Shown: positions 35,129 through 46,800, numbered from the stretch's first letter. The stretch: DNA of 64,000 nucleotides from an uncultured Phycisphaerales bacterium (GCA_963844715.1 CAWJPJ010000003.1:1-64000); one strand, 5' to 3'. Translations and numbers: made by a program. Notes: generated by a model from the sequence alone, not told the origin.

Positions 35129-36673
35129 ATGGAGCACTCGACCTCGTGTCGCGACGCAGATGTTTCTTGTTTCCCAGCGAATTTGAGTGTATCTCCATGC
35201 ACGAGAGCCCGCGTTTTTAAGCCGATCGACGCGGTTTTCTTGAGGCTTAAAATCCGTGTCATGAACCACCCATCCACCAGCGGGGACGCGAGCCTGCGCA
35301 TGTCGCATCGCATGGCCGGGTGTCTGAAGACGGCCATGGAGTCGATGGGGCAGAATCGTTGGGCCGATGCCCTCGAGCGGCTCGCTGCTGCCGCCATTGC
35401 CGACATCCAGCAGGACAACGGGCTTTTTCTCGGCGGCATCGCAGGGGCAGCGCTCATGGCCGAGCTATACCAGCAATGCTTCGCTGGTTCCGGTCTCAAG
35501 CCCGCGCCGCGGCGCCTGCCGGAGCGAGGCGCACGCCGCCCGCTTCGCCTGGCTTATGTGCTCCAGTCAATCGCGGCCGGACAGAGCGCATCGATGCAGA
35601 TCGCGCGAATGGTCGAGTTGTTCGATCGGGCCCTGGTCGAGCCGGTGGTGATCGCGGCGGAGGAATTAACGGCTCGGACGCCGCCGGGCATCTTCCTGAG
35701 CTTGCCGGAGGCGCCGTCACAAAAGGTGGGAGCGGAACTGATCTCCCGCATGCGAGCTGCCGGAGCAGCGGTCCATCTCGTTCCCACCAGTGGAAGTTAT
35801 CTTGATGGCGCGGCAGCCGCCATATCGCTGGCTCGGGGGCTGAATCCCGATGTCGCTGCCTTTGTCGGAAGTCCGGCCTGCCCGATCCAAGCGGCCATGG
35901 CGTTTGGCCGCGTCGCGCCGCTCCAGGTCAACCACAACATCGGCGTCTGCCTGCCGATCGCGGGCATGGACGCGATTCTCTACCATCATCCCGGCAAAGC
36001 CGCCGAAGATCGCGGCGAACTAGAGCGGCGTGGCATCGATACCGTCGCCATTTCCTGCATAGGTTGCGAATCCGCGGGTACGGACGTCACGGCGGTTTCC
36101 CGAGCGCAATTCCAGATCCCCGAGACGGCCGTGCTGCTGCTGAGCATTGGCAACAAACTGCCGGAGCGCTTCCTGGCCGGAGATTTTGCCCGCCACCTGG
36201 CGGAGTTCATGCAATCACACCCTGATGTGTGGTGGCTGGGCGTCGGGCGCGGCGATATCGAGAAAGCGATCGCGCCCCTGTCGCAAGCCGGCGTCGCCAA
36301 CCGCGCGCGACTCCACGGCGCCACCACCACGCCACATGCCTTCATGAAAGCCGCCGACATTTTAATCAACGAATATCCGGAAGGCGGCGGCAGCACCGTG
36401 ATGGAGGCGATGACCTGTGGCATCCCGGTCGCTGCCATGGCCGCGGGACGCCAGCATGGGCATAACATCGGCGCCTATCTCGTCGGACCGGAATATGCTA
36501 TCGACACCTACGACCCGGCCCGATATTGGTCCCTGGTCGATCGCTGGTGCGGCAGTTCCGAAGAACGTCGCGCTGCCGGCGAGCGTTTGCGTCAGCGGGT
36601 GCGAGAGCGATTTGATTTCGCGGCCATATGTCGGGAGTACGAGGGGTATTTCGTGAAGAGGTTCGCCCCTTAG
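35129..36673 (+). CDS. GT-B (GT4-like) glycosyltransferase; start uncertain
   Basis: ADILINEYPEGGGSTVMEAMTCGIPVAA (E-x7-E-like motif), RVAPLQV. Confidence 0.75.
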   Translation: MEHSTSCRDADVSCFPANLSVSPCTRARVFKPIDAVFLRLKIRVMNHPSTSGDASLRMSHRMAGCLKTAMESMGQNRWADALERLAAAAIADIQQDNGLFLGGIAGAALMAELYQQCFAGSGLKPAPRRLPERGARRPLRLAYVLQSIAAGQSASMQIARMVELFDRALVEPVVIAAEELTARTPPGIFLSLPEAPSQKVGAELISRMRAAGAAVHLVPTSGSYLDGAAAAISLARGLNPDVAAFVGSPACPIQAAMAFGRVAPLQVNHNIGVCLPIAGMDAILYHHPGKAAEDRGELERRGIDTVAISCIGCESAGTDVTAVSRAQFQIPETAVLLLSIGNKLPERFLAGDFARHLAEFMQSHPDVWWLGVGRGDIEKAIAPLSQAGVANRARLHGATTTPHAFMKAADILINEYPEGGGSTVMEAMTCGIPVAAMAAGRQHGHNIGAYLVGPEYAIDTYDPARYWSLVDRWCGSSEERRAAGERLRQRVRERFDFAAICREYEGYFVKRFAP

Positions 36674-36949
36674 TTACCAATGATGAGGCATCATCCCCCA
36701 AAACCCGCCAGGCCATCCCCACCAAATAAACCCATGATGCCCCCCGCCCATAAAAATCCAAATCAACACAATAATTAACCAGAACCCCCCGATCCCCCCA
36801 TGCCGTCTTCGATACATCGTTTGCGGCATCCGCGCCGACCCCGAACCCGGCCCCTGATCCAATCCGCACCGTCGGCAGAACCGCGCATGACTCGGCAAGC
36901 TCTGCCCGCACCTACGGCATGCACGCGAACCCGCATTCATACACGACAT
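36674..36949 (-). CDS. Small zinc-ribbon membrane protein
   Basis: CRRCG...ARFCRRCG followed by a TM helix. Confidence 0.65.
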   Translation of the reverse strand: MSCMNAGSRACRRCGQSLPSHARFCRRCGLDQGPGSGSARMPQTMYRRRHGGIGGFWLIIVLIWIFMGGGHHGFIWWGWPGGFWGMMPHHW

Positions 36950-36967
36950 TTTACCACTCCCATGACC

Positions 36968-38182
36968 TCATGCCACTTCATCCAGCGACCCCACCTTCGG
37001 TAACTCCCCCACCAGCGGCTTTACATATTTGATGAACGCATCCGTAATATTATTCCCATCCGCCAGATACGATGGATCCATGTGCTTCGTCTCCCTCGCC
37101 ACCGTCGACAGCGGCGTGAGAAATGTCTCAATTTTATAATCCCCAGACGACGTCCGCCGCATCGCCACGCTTCCCTCGGCTTGCCCTTCCCCGCTGAATT
37201 TCACCGCCATCTTCCCCACCAGCCGCGCCTCCTCCGCGTCCACCTTGCTCACAAATCCTGGAAAACTCCTTTGCAAATAACCAAACGTATCCGCCCGAAC
37301 GCGCAGCTTCTTCCCGCCCGCCGGCACAATCTTCTTCTTGATCAAATCCGCCAGAAAATCCCCCAAAGCCCCGCTCCCGGAAAGCTGGATATTCCCATGG
37401 CTGTCCTTCTCCAGATTTTCCGCCATCGATTCCGCCCACGTCTTCCCGCCCGGCTTGGAAATCCCCTCGCTCACCGCGATCAAACATCTCCCCAGCTTCG
37501 AATAAACCCGGTCCACATCCGCCAGGAATTTCTCCTCACTCAGCGGCGACTCCGGCACATAAATAAGATGCGGCCCGTCGTTCGGCCCGCGCCGCGCCAA
37601 ACCCGCCGCCGCAGTCAAAAATCCGGCGTTGCGCCCCATCACAATATTCACCTTGACGCCCGGCAGCGACCGGTTGTCAAAATCGTCCCCCATCATCGCC
37701 GCCGCGACGAACTTCGCCGCCGATCCATACCCCGGCGTGTGATCGTGCACCCGCAGATCGTTGTCGATCGTCTTGGGGATATGAAACACGCGCAGCTCGT
37801 AATTTTCCTTCTTCGCCAGTTCGCTCACGATCCGCGCCGTATCCGCCGAATCGTTCCCCCCGATATAGAAGAAGTACCGCACGTTGTTCTTCGCAAACAC
37901 CTTGAAAATCTTCTCACAATAAGCCTGATCCGGCTTATCGCGCGTAGACCCCAGCGCCGCCGCCGGCGTCCCCGCGATCCGCTCCAAAAGTTCCGACCCC
38001 AGGCTCTTCAAACTGATGAATTTCTCCTCCACAATCCCGCGCACCCCATGCCGCGCCCCGAGCAGCTCATCGACATGCCCGGCATCCTTCACCGCCTGCA
38101 CCACCCCCACCAGCGACTGATTAATCACACTCGTCGGCCCCCCCGACTGCCCGATCACCGCATTACCTTTTAAAACTGCCAT
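36968..38182 (-). CDS. pfkA: 6-phosphofructokinase (probably PPi-dependent)
   Basis: GQSGGPTSVIN, IGGNDS, PKTIDND, MGRNAG, GYLQR. Confidence 0.93.
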   Translation of the reverse strand: MAVLKGNAVIGQSGGPTSVINQSLVGVVQAVKDAGHVDELLGARHGVRGIVEEKFISLKSLGSELLERIAGTPAAALGSTRDKPDQAYCEKIFKVFAKNNVRYFFYIGGNDSADTARIVSELAKKENYELRVFHIPKTIDNDLRVHDHTPGYGSAAKFVAAAMMGDDFDNRSLPGVKVNIVMGRNAGFLTAAAGLARRGPNDGPHLIYVPESPLSEEKFLADVDRVYSKLGRCLIAVSEGISKPGGKTWAESMAENLEKDSHGNIQLSGSGALGDFLADLIKKKIVPAGGKKLRVRADTFGYLQRSFPGFVSKVDAEEARLVGKMAVKFSGEGQAEGSVAMRRTSSGDYKIETFLTPLSTVARETKHMDPSYLADGNNITDAFIKYVKPLVGELPKVGSLDEVA

Positions 38183-38258
38183 TTTATTTTCCTCGGTTAG
38201 ATTCCAGCCCCCGATGATAAAGCCTCCCGCCCACGCTTCAAGGGAAACCACAAAATTC

Positions 38259-38514
38259 AAATGCAACCACAGAGATGCGGAGATGGGGAGTTGAAAACCG
38301 GCCGTGGCGGGACAGACGCGGAGAACCAAAGAATTCTTGAATTGAATTTATCCGCGCCCATCCGCGGAATCCGCGGTTAAAAAAGAATTTAGACCGCGGA
38401 TTTCGCGGATGGGCGCGGATAAAAAACAAATTCCAATTGCATTTTAATTTTCTCCGCGTCTTCCTCCGCGTCCGGAGTTCAGTCGCCGTGGCGACCGTCT
38501 CCGTGGTTGCATTT
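38259..38514. repeat. Nested palindromic element (~255 bp), copy 1
   Basis: Outer IR aaatgcaaccacagaga / tctccgtggttgcattt; inner hairpin tttatccgcgcccatccgcg...cgcggatgggcgcggataaa. Confidence 0.85.
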
Positions 38515-38546
38515 TCATCCCCCGCCCACCCCGTTACACTGAATCC

Positions 38547-39339
38547 ATGGACTCCTTCTCGGAAGACGATCTGGAAACCGTCGAATACCCCTTCGCCACC
38601 ATCACCGGCAAGACGATGAAATTCTTCGTCCCCAAGGGCGACGCCATCGGCTCGACCATCCGTAACACCCGCGCCTGGGATTACACTTTCATCACTCATC
38701 TCTATGCCTGGGCCGCCGACCGTGGCTCCTACATGGAAATCGGCGCCAACATCGGCACCGATACCGTCCTCGCTCGCGAATATTTCAACACCTGCCACGC
38801 CTTCGAGCCCCTCTCACTTAATCGCTGGCTCTTCGCCAAAAACGTCGAGCGCAACGGCGTAGGCCCCATCGAGTTGTACCCCTACGCCGTCTCCGACCAC
38901 GCCGGCGTCACGCCGCTTGTATATCCCCGACATTCGCGGCGTCAGCGGCTGCTCCCTGAAGCCCGAGTCCGCCCAGGGCCAAACCTGGGAAGACGTCCAA
39001 ACCGTCACACTCGACGAAGCTATCCGCCCCGAAATCAACACCATCTCGTTCCTCCAAATCGACACCGAAGGCCACGACATCAAAGTCCTCCGCGGCGCGA
39101 GAAATTTCATCCGCCGCCAGAAAATGCCCCCGCTCATTAAATTGGAATTCCAACCCAAAATGCTCAAAGCCCACGACACCGGCGTAGAGGAGCTCCTGGC
39201 CTTCATCGAAGAATTTCACTACAAAATCGCCATGAACGCCGCCGCTACGGTGGCCCCCATCACCCCCCGCACCCTGGCCGATTTCTTCAACCTCTGGCAA
39301 ACCACCACCGCCTGGATCGACGTCTACCTATTGCGGTAA
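38547..39339 (+). CDS. FkbM family SAM-dependent methyltransferase (frameshift ~38915)
   Basis: EIGANIG, HAFEP, VTLDE, LQIDTEGHDIKVLRGA. Confidence 0.88.
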
Positions 39340-39342
39340 CTC

Positions 39343-39581
39343 AAATGCAACCGCGGAGACACAGAGGCGCGGAGAAGAAAACCGGCCGTGGCGGGACAAA
39401 CGCACAGAAGGTCATTTATGAATTTGATTTTTATCCGCGTTCATCCGCGTTATCCGTGGTAAAAAAAGAATTTAACCGCGGATTTCGCGGATGAACGCGG
39501 ATAAATCAAAGACAAGAACTTCGAGCTTACTTGTCTTCTCCGCGTCTTCCTCCGCGTCTCGGCGGCTCCGCGGTTGTATTT
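39343..39581. repeat. Nested palindromic element (~240 bp), copy 2
   Basis: Same layout as 38259-38514, including aaaaccggccgtggcgggaca and ttctccgcgtcttcctccgcgtc. Confidence 0.85.
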
Positions 39582-39584
39582 GAT

Positions 39585-40938
39585 TCATCTCCCCAGCAGC
39601 ACCCGCTCCACAAACCCCGTATCCACATCCCCGCGAACGGAAATTCGGATTATCCATGATCTGCATCTGCAGCGGGATCGTCGTCTTGATCGGCGCAATA
39701 TGAAATTCGCCCAGCGCCCGCTTCATCGCCGCGATCGCCGCCGCGCGCGTCGGGCGATGGACGATCAGCTTGCCGATCATGCTGTCGTAATTCGGCGGGA
39801 TGCGATAGCCCGCGTAGACATGGCTGTCCAGCCGCACCCCGGGCCCGCCGGGCATGCGCAATTCTGTGATCAACCCCGGCGACGGCGCGAAGTTCCTCTC
39901 CGGATCCTCCGCGTTGATCCGGCACTCGATCGCGTGGCCCGTCTCGCTGCACGTCCTTCTGCTTGAAGCTCAGCGGCGAACCCGAGGCAATGCGAATCTG
40001 CTCCTTGATCAGGTCGATCCCGGTCACCTGCTTCCGTCACCGGGTGCTCCACCTGAATCCGCGCATTCACTTCCAGTAGATAAAAATGCTGTTTCGGCAT
40101 CGACCAGAAACTCGACGGTCCCCGCGTTCACATATCCGGCCGCCTTGACCAGTCGCACCGCCGCCTCGCACAGCTTTTGCCGCGTCTCGTCCTTGAGCAG
40201 CGGGCTGGGCGATTCCTCCACCAGTTTCTGATGCCGCCGCTGCATCGAGCAGTCGCGTTCCCAGAGATGGCAGGCGTTGCCGTGATGGTCTGCGATGATC
40301 TGCACCTCGACATGCCGCCCGAACTCCACGTATTTTTCGATATAAACCGTCGAATCCTTGAACGCGTTCTCCGCCTCGGCCTGTGCCTGCTTCGAGCCCC
40401 GCCCGGAGAGACACATCGTTATGCGCCACGCCGCATCCCTCGCCCGCCGCCTCCCGCCGCCGCCTTGATGATGACCGGATACCCGATCTCCTCCGCCAGC
40501 TTCAGCGCGATCTTCTCATCGTCCACCGCTCCGTCGCTGCCCGGCACCGTCGGCACCTTGGCTTTCTTCGCCAGTTTCTTGCACGCGACTTTGTCCCCCA
40601 CCGCCGCCATCGCCGCCACTGGCGGGCCGATGAACTCGATCTTGCAGCTTCGGCACACTTCCGCGAAGTGATCGTTCTCGGCCAGAAACCCATACCCCGG
40701 ATGAATCGCCTGCACGTCCGCGATCTCCGCCGCGGAGATGATCCGCGGGATATTGAGATAACTTTCCGCCGGCGACGCTTCGCCAATGCAGATCGCCTGG
40801 TCCGCCAGCTTCAGATATGCCGCGTCCCGGTCGGCCGTGGAATAGACGACCGCCGTCTGCACGCCCAGCTCCCGGCAGGCGCGGATGATCCGCAAGCGCG
40901 ATTTCCCCACGATTGGCAATCAAAATCTTTGAAAACAT
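39585..40938 (-). CDS. accC: Acetyl-CoA carboxylase biotin carboxylase subunit (many frameshifts)
   Basis: [62 protein letters not shown]. Confidence 0.95.
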
Positions 40939-40953
40939 TTCCGTTGATTCCTG

Positions 40954-41409
40954 TCAGCGGTTCGTCGGCGTGAAAAAGCCCAGATGATGCGGCGCAATGA
41001 ATCAATGCACACGCAGTTTTGATCCCGGCTCAGCCGTCCAAGCCTGGGATGAATGCCAAACTCTCCCGTTAAATTCCTTCAATCTCCTCCAGCGATGCCA
41101 AAAACTCGTCCACCGCGGATCTCCGGGCGTTCGCCGCCGGGGTGACCGATCCGGCGCATGCACTCCCGCCGGTATCCGGCCCGTCGCCAGCAAGATCCGC
41201 GCGTCTTCCACTGCACTGCTCGCTTCGCCGGCTGACGCCGGCAAATGCGGCCACGGCCGCATCGAAAACCGAACCGCCTTGTTCAAATGCCAGCAAATCT
41301 GCCGCAACGATTCCAATTCCCGGCCTGGGTGTAGCCGGGACGAAGCCGCCGCACTTCCGCCGCCACAGCATCCGCGTCGGCGAATTTGAGCCTGCGACGC
41401 TGCGCTCAC
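40954..41409 (-). CDS. DUF1569 (DinB-like) protein, heavily frameshifted
   Basis: Frame pieces reconstruct [24 protein letters not shown]...HPRLGRLS...HLIHCAHHLGF. Confidence 0.6.
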
Positions 41410-41917
41410 GGCTCTACGAGGAAAAGCACCTGTCCGAACTCCACCGCCTGCCCGTTGCCCACCAGAATTTTCGCGATCTTCCCACTGCAATCCGCCTTCA
41501 CGTTGTTGAACACCTTCATCGCCTCGATCACGCAAACGTCCGTCTCTTCGTTCATCTCCGCGCCGACCGACACAAACGGCTTGGCGTCCGGGCTGGTGGC
41601 GGTATAGAAGGTCCCCACCATCGGACTTTTGATTCGGAATCAGATGGCCGATCGCCGCCGCCTCGCCGCCATTCCCCGCCGCCTTCGCCGGCGCAGGCGC
41701 GCCGCTGGCGCCGCCCACTATCGCGCACCGCCGCCTCTGCCGGGCCTCGCTTCATAATCACCCGCTTCGTCCCGTCCTGCAAATCAACCATATTCAGATC
41801 GTTAGCCTGCATCAGCTGCACGATCTGCTGCAGATGTGCCACATCCATGGGTCCCCCAGACTTCGGCGACGCAGCCGGGATTTTCGGTTGGTTTTGGCAG
41901 GCCGGGTTTTTTTTCAC
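41406..41917 (-). CDS. accB: Biotin carboxyl carrier protein (frameshifted)
   Basis: [25 protein letters not shown]. Confidence 0.92.
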
Positions 41918-41941
41918 TCAAGATGGCAGCCCTCAAATGTC

Positions 41942-43045
41942 TTATCCAAGCGTCGATAATACTTCGCGCCCACTATGGGTGATCAGCACATCGTCCTCGA
42001 TCCGCACACCCCCCTCGCCCGGTAGATAAATCCCCGGCTCGACCGTCACAATCATACCCGGTCGCAACTCTTCTTCCTCCGCCGATTTCGCGCAACGCCG
42101 GTAACTCGTGTATTTGCAAGCCGATACCGTGTCCCAACCCATGTCCAAACTGCTCCCCAAACCCCGCCTTTTCGATCATGTCACGCGCCACCCGGTCCGT
42201 CTGTTTCGTCGTCACCCCCGGCCTCAAAAAGTCGATCGCCGCAAGCTGCGCTCCAACACGACCCCGTAAATCTTCTTAAATCTGGGCACTCACCCGCCCG
42301 ATCATCAGCGTCCGCGTCAAATCGCTGCAATACCCCCGATAAATCGCGCCCCAGTCGATCAGCAGCGGCTCATCCCGCTTCACGACCACATCCCCGGCCG
42401 ATAGTGCGGCAAGCTGCTGTTCGCCCCCGCCGCCACGATCACCGGAAAACTGCTGTCGCTCGCCCCCCGGCTTCGCAGCTCCAAAATCAACTGCCCCGCC
42501 AGATAATTCTCCGTCAGCCCCGCCTCAATCTCCCCCAAAAGCGCCGTGTACGCCTCCTCCGCGATCTCGACGCTCTTGCGTATCAGCGCGATTTCATGAT
42601 CGTCCTTCACCTTCCTGATCCCCACCAGACGTTCTCCAACGGCACCAGCTCAACGTCTTGGTCTTGCCGCCCATCAATCGACTTGTCGATGGCATGAATC
42701 TCCCCAAACGTCGCTCCATTGGCCTCGAAATCCCACCCGCTTCACCTTCGCCGCCCAGCATCGCCTCGGCCAGCGCTTCGGCCATCTTCCCCTCCCGCAT
42801 GATCATCTTCACCCACCCCGCCTCTTTCTGCGCCTGCTCCGTATACCGAAAATCCGTTACCAGCACGATCTCGCTTGGCGGTGATGATCCCAACCGAATC
42901 CTCCCCCGTAAAATCCGTGAGATAGCACAAATCCGCCGGCGTCGTCAGCAGCATCGCGTCCAAATTCAAACGCTGCAACGCCTCGCGGACAATCTTATGC
43001 CGGGCCTTGAGATACGCTTTACGCGCTGGTCGAAGTGGTCTTCAT
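41942..43045 (-). CDS. Xaa-Pro aminopeptidase, M24 family (many frameshifts)
   Basis: [39 protein letters not shown]. Confidence 0.88.
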
Positions 43046-43149
43046 TCAAAATACATCCAAATGGGATAAGAAATAGGCGGGCGGAACGTTAAGTCCCGCC
43101 CGCCTCATTGTCAATTTGGTTCATGCCGCACAATTCGGCGGTCATCCTA

Positions 43150-44036
43150 GGGCCTGTCTGATGAATCCAAAATCCTGAAATAGCGACGGATCATGGCGAG
43201 CTTGGCCATGGCCTGAAAGTTCACCGCCAGTTTCTCGTAACGCGTGCCCAGGCGGCGATTCTCCTTCATCCAATTCACGCAACGCTCCACCACGTTCCGT
43301 CGGCGATACGCCTTGCGATCAAAGTTCTCCTGCGGCGGCTGATTCGATTTCGCCGGGATCACCGCTTGGATTCGGTGGCGACGCAGCCATCGCCGCACAT
43401 TTCCGTAACTGTATCCCTTGTCGCCCGCCAGCCTCCTGGGGCGACGACGGCGGCGACCGATGCGCATCGCGTTCATCACCGGCTCCACGTACCGGCTCTC
43501 GTGGCATTGGCCGGCGCTGGCCTCGACGGCGAGCGGAACTCCCTGGCCGTCAGTAACCAGGTGGAGCTTGCTGCCCCACCCGCCTCGGCTGCGGCCCAAC
43601 GCGTGATCCGCCGGTTCTTCCGGGGCGGTTTTGATTTTCTGGCTCCGGCGGCGGATCGACTGGCTCGCACATTGGTGCCGTCGATGCACCACAGGTCCCA
43701 GTCGATTCGTCCTTGCTTGTCCAACCTCATCTGCAGCCGCTGGAGGATTCGATCAATCGTTCCGTCCTTTCTCCAGCGGTTGAAGCGGTCGTAGACGCTT
43801 TGCCATCTGCCGTAACGTTCGGGCATCTCGCGCCATCGAGCGCCCGAGTGCAGAATCCAGAACATGCCGTTGAGCGTGGTGCGGTGGTCGTTCCACTGCC
43901 CGCCGCGCTTGCCGTTGCCGGGCAGCAGATCGCCGATCAACTCGTACTGCTCATCCGTGAGCTCATAACGTCGCATCCGTGACACCTCGTCTGAAAACCG
44001 CTATTTATAACCAAAAGCGATTCATCAGACAGGCCC
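43150..44036 (-). mobile_element. IS5-family insertion sequence with a two-ORF transposase
   Basis: Perfect 18-bp terminal IRs GGGCCTGTCTGATGAATC flanked by TA; ORFs 43476-43985 and 43147-43692 with IDGT, GRSRGG, AGDKGY, YRRRNVVER. Confidence 0.95.
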
Positions 44037-44039
44037 TAG

Positions 44040-45079
44040 CTAGAACGTCCATCCCACGCCAAGGGTGTAAATGATGTTATTCCGCACGCTCCCCGGTGCA
44101 GGCTGCGAGTTGTAATCCCACTCCGCCTTGACCTCGGAAAACATGGTCTTCGTCAGCGCCTACCCTCAAACCGACGTCGCCGATCATCAGGATATCTCGA
44201 ACGTCCTGAATCGACGGGAAGAACTGCACGTTATGGAACACCTTCAGATTCGTCCCCCAGAACGCCGCGTCCACGTGATACGCCAATCGCGCCGAGAACT
44301 GCTCGCTGGCCGTGGGCTGAGTCGTGTAGTCCTGATAAACCCACGCCAATCCCGCTTCAGTGTCGAAGTTCAGATTCGCCTGCTCGACCCACTGATATCC
44401 CGCACCCGCGCCAGGCGTCAGCCGCAGGTCCAGGAAGTTGATCCGGTCCTTCTCCACGCCGCCCAAACGCGTTGCCGTAAAACTGCGGAGTGAAGAACAG
44501 GTCATACTTCGCAGCGATGTGCCAGTTATCCGCCGTCGTCGTCTGCACACCCGCGATGCGCTGGCTGGCAAACTGATACGCCGCCCCAAACGTGATCCGA
44601 TCGTCGTCGCTGCGCCGCTGCGCATCGATCGATGCCCCCATCTGGGTCGTCGTCGTCACGCCGCGGTTATATAACGCATTCAAAACCACCGACCCCGCCC
44701 ATTTCACCGGCGGCGGGTTAATCTTCGTCATGCTCGACAGCGGCACGGGCTGCGGCTCAATCGCCCCGCCCGCCCCCGTCACCACCTGGCCGTCCTTCCC
44801 CTTGTCCACCTTCTCGTTCAGCACCGTCCCGTCGCTCAGCACAATCTTAATCGGCCCCTCAGTCGAGAACGTCGACACATCGCTCATATTGACGGTCACA
44901 TCCCCCATCAACGCCGTCGAAACGATCATCTTCCCGCCGTCGACGGATGTAATCGTCCCGGTGATGTGGTCCCCATTTTTAAGAACCACCTCATCCGCGC
45001 ATGCGGCATTCGCCCCCCAGAAAAGACATGCCACGGCCAAACAAGCCGACAACCCAAGCCCGCACACCCGATGTCCCAT
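44040..45079 (-). CDS. DUF481-family outer membrane beta-barrel protein (frameshifted)
   Basis: Signal peptide, ADEVVLKNGDHITG, GAGAGYQW, C-terminus TLGVGWTF. Confidence 0.8.
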
Positions 45080-45347
45080 TCGATTCTCCTTTCGCCCCAA
45101 AACCAGCCCAACATTTGAAGGCAATAACCCAATAATTGCAAGAATAATAAACTGCCGTAACCCCTGTCGTCCGATAACTTTACAATTCTCAATCCCCGTT
45201 CCCCACGATCCCGTCGCGCCTCCCAATCGTAATCATAATCCTAATCGTCTTTTGAATTTCCCCATGCAGAAGACGCCCGATGCCCCACGCGAAGCACGCC
45301 TTCGAAAAATTCCACCGGACGATCCCTCAGCTGCCCAAAATATTCCT

Positions 45348-46736
45348 CTAGAACGGATCCACCTGATCCCTCAGCGGAATTTGGATATATCGCCCGGGAT
45401 CCCCTTCATTGAGTGTGTCCACGATGGCGTGCGCATCCTCAAGATTCACATCCGCTTGCTCGCCGGTTTCGGTGTCTTCGACCGTGCGATATCCGCGGAT
45501 GATTTCGTCTTCGTTGTCGAAGCTGCGATTGGCGATCAGTTGACGCTGATTCATGTCGGAAATGATCTGCTCGGTTTGCTCCTGATTGGCCTGTATATTC
45601 GCCTGGATCTGACTCAACGCGTTCTGCATCGCGGCCGTGTTCGCTTGCCCGTTGGCCAGCGCCTTTTGAACGTCCGGGTTATAGGAATGCCAGATGGCGA
45701 TCATCGTCGGCATTTCCTTGGCGAAAATATTATCCGGAGCGCTGACCCCGCTGATGCATAATTGCCATCCCCCGTGAAGCGGGGCCAGGTGGTTCGTGGT
45801 CGTTTGCGCGATCGCCTGGCGGACCACCGTCCCGCTCGGATTGCCGATGTTGGCCTGGTATTGCACAAACGAGCTTTCAATATCCGGGTGAGCCGGGTCC
45901 GCCGGCAGCGCTTTGATGCCGATGATCTGTTTGATTGCCTGCGATGGACCGCCGTGCGCTACCGAAGTCTGACTCCAATAGGGAAAGATCGCCTGCAGGG
46001 CATCCGCTCCGCTCGCGTAAGCAGCGATCGCGTATCCATCGGCGGGCTTCACGTGATACTGAATCGCCATTTGACGCGATCGCTGCTGCGATACCGCTTC
46101 GGGCGAGCCCGGCGCCAGAACCACCATCGTAAGCATGATCGCGACTTGCTCTTCATCCGGCCCGGCCACAATCACCGTGCCCATGTTGTTGGATTGGGCG
46201 ATTTTCCATCCGTCCGGAAGCCCGATGGTTCCCACGCCATCCCCGAAGGACGTCGTGGTCAGCTTAATGCTAGAAGGAAGATCGGCCAGCAGCGCCGACC
46301 AATCGCTCGCCGGGCAGTTTGCCACGGCGTAAACGATGCAAACCATCACCCCGTCCGGCCCGGTGCCCACCAGGATCGACCCTTTCACGGCTGTTCCGCT
46401 GACGGTTGCCGTGAAGTTAACTCCCCCGCCATGATCGCTTTTGCCGTCCACAAATCCGCTGGTGAGAACAGGCTTCACGCCCAGGATTTTCGCGACATCC
46501 GGAATCGCGGCATCCAGTGCCGCCCGGGCGCTGGTCCCCGCCTTCACGCAGCAGATCGCCCGGCCAGAAGCGTTGAACCCCGTCTCCCCGTAACTAAGCG
46601 TCCTGAAATCCACCCCGCCCGGCGGCTGCGCCAGCGGATCGCTCTGCCCCAAAGCCAACGGCGCCATCGCCCCGGCAAATAGAAATATCGCCAGTGAAAA
46701 CCAACCCATCCCCCACTTCAACTCATTAAGTCGCAT
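45348..46736 (-). CDS. Hypothetical secreted protein
   Basis: Long ORF with a signal peptide and a C-terminal Gln/Asn-rich helix ending ...FDNEDEIIRGY. Confidence 0.75.
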   Translation of the reverse strand: MRLNELKWGMGWFSLAIFLFAGAMAPLALGQSDPLAQPPGGVDFRTLSYGETGFNASGRAICCVKAGTSARAALDAAIPDVAKILGVKPVLTSGFVDGKSDHGGGVNFTATVSGTAVKGSILVGTGPDGVMVCIVYAVANCPASDWSALLADLPSSIKLTTTSFGDGVGTIGLPDGWKIAQSNNMGTVIVAGPDEEQVAIMLTMVVLAPGSPEAVSQQRSRQMAIQYHVKPADGYAIAAYASGADALQAIFPYWSQTSVAHGGPSQAIKQIIGIKALPADPAHPDIESSFVQYQANIGNPSGTVVRQAIAQTTTNHLAPLHGGWQLCISGVSAPDNIFAKEMPTMIAIWHSYNPDVQKALANGQANTAAMQNALSQIQANIQANQEQTEQIISDMNQRQLIANRSFDNEDEIIRGYRTVEDTETGEQADVNLEDAHAIVDTLNEGDPGRYIQIPLRDQVDPF

Positions 46737-46800
46737 CACGCCTCTCTTTCCAAAAACCCAATCGCCAAGCATCACCGGAAATTACTTACTGCCCCTGGCC

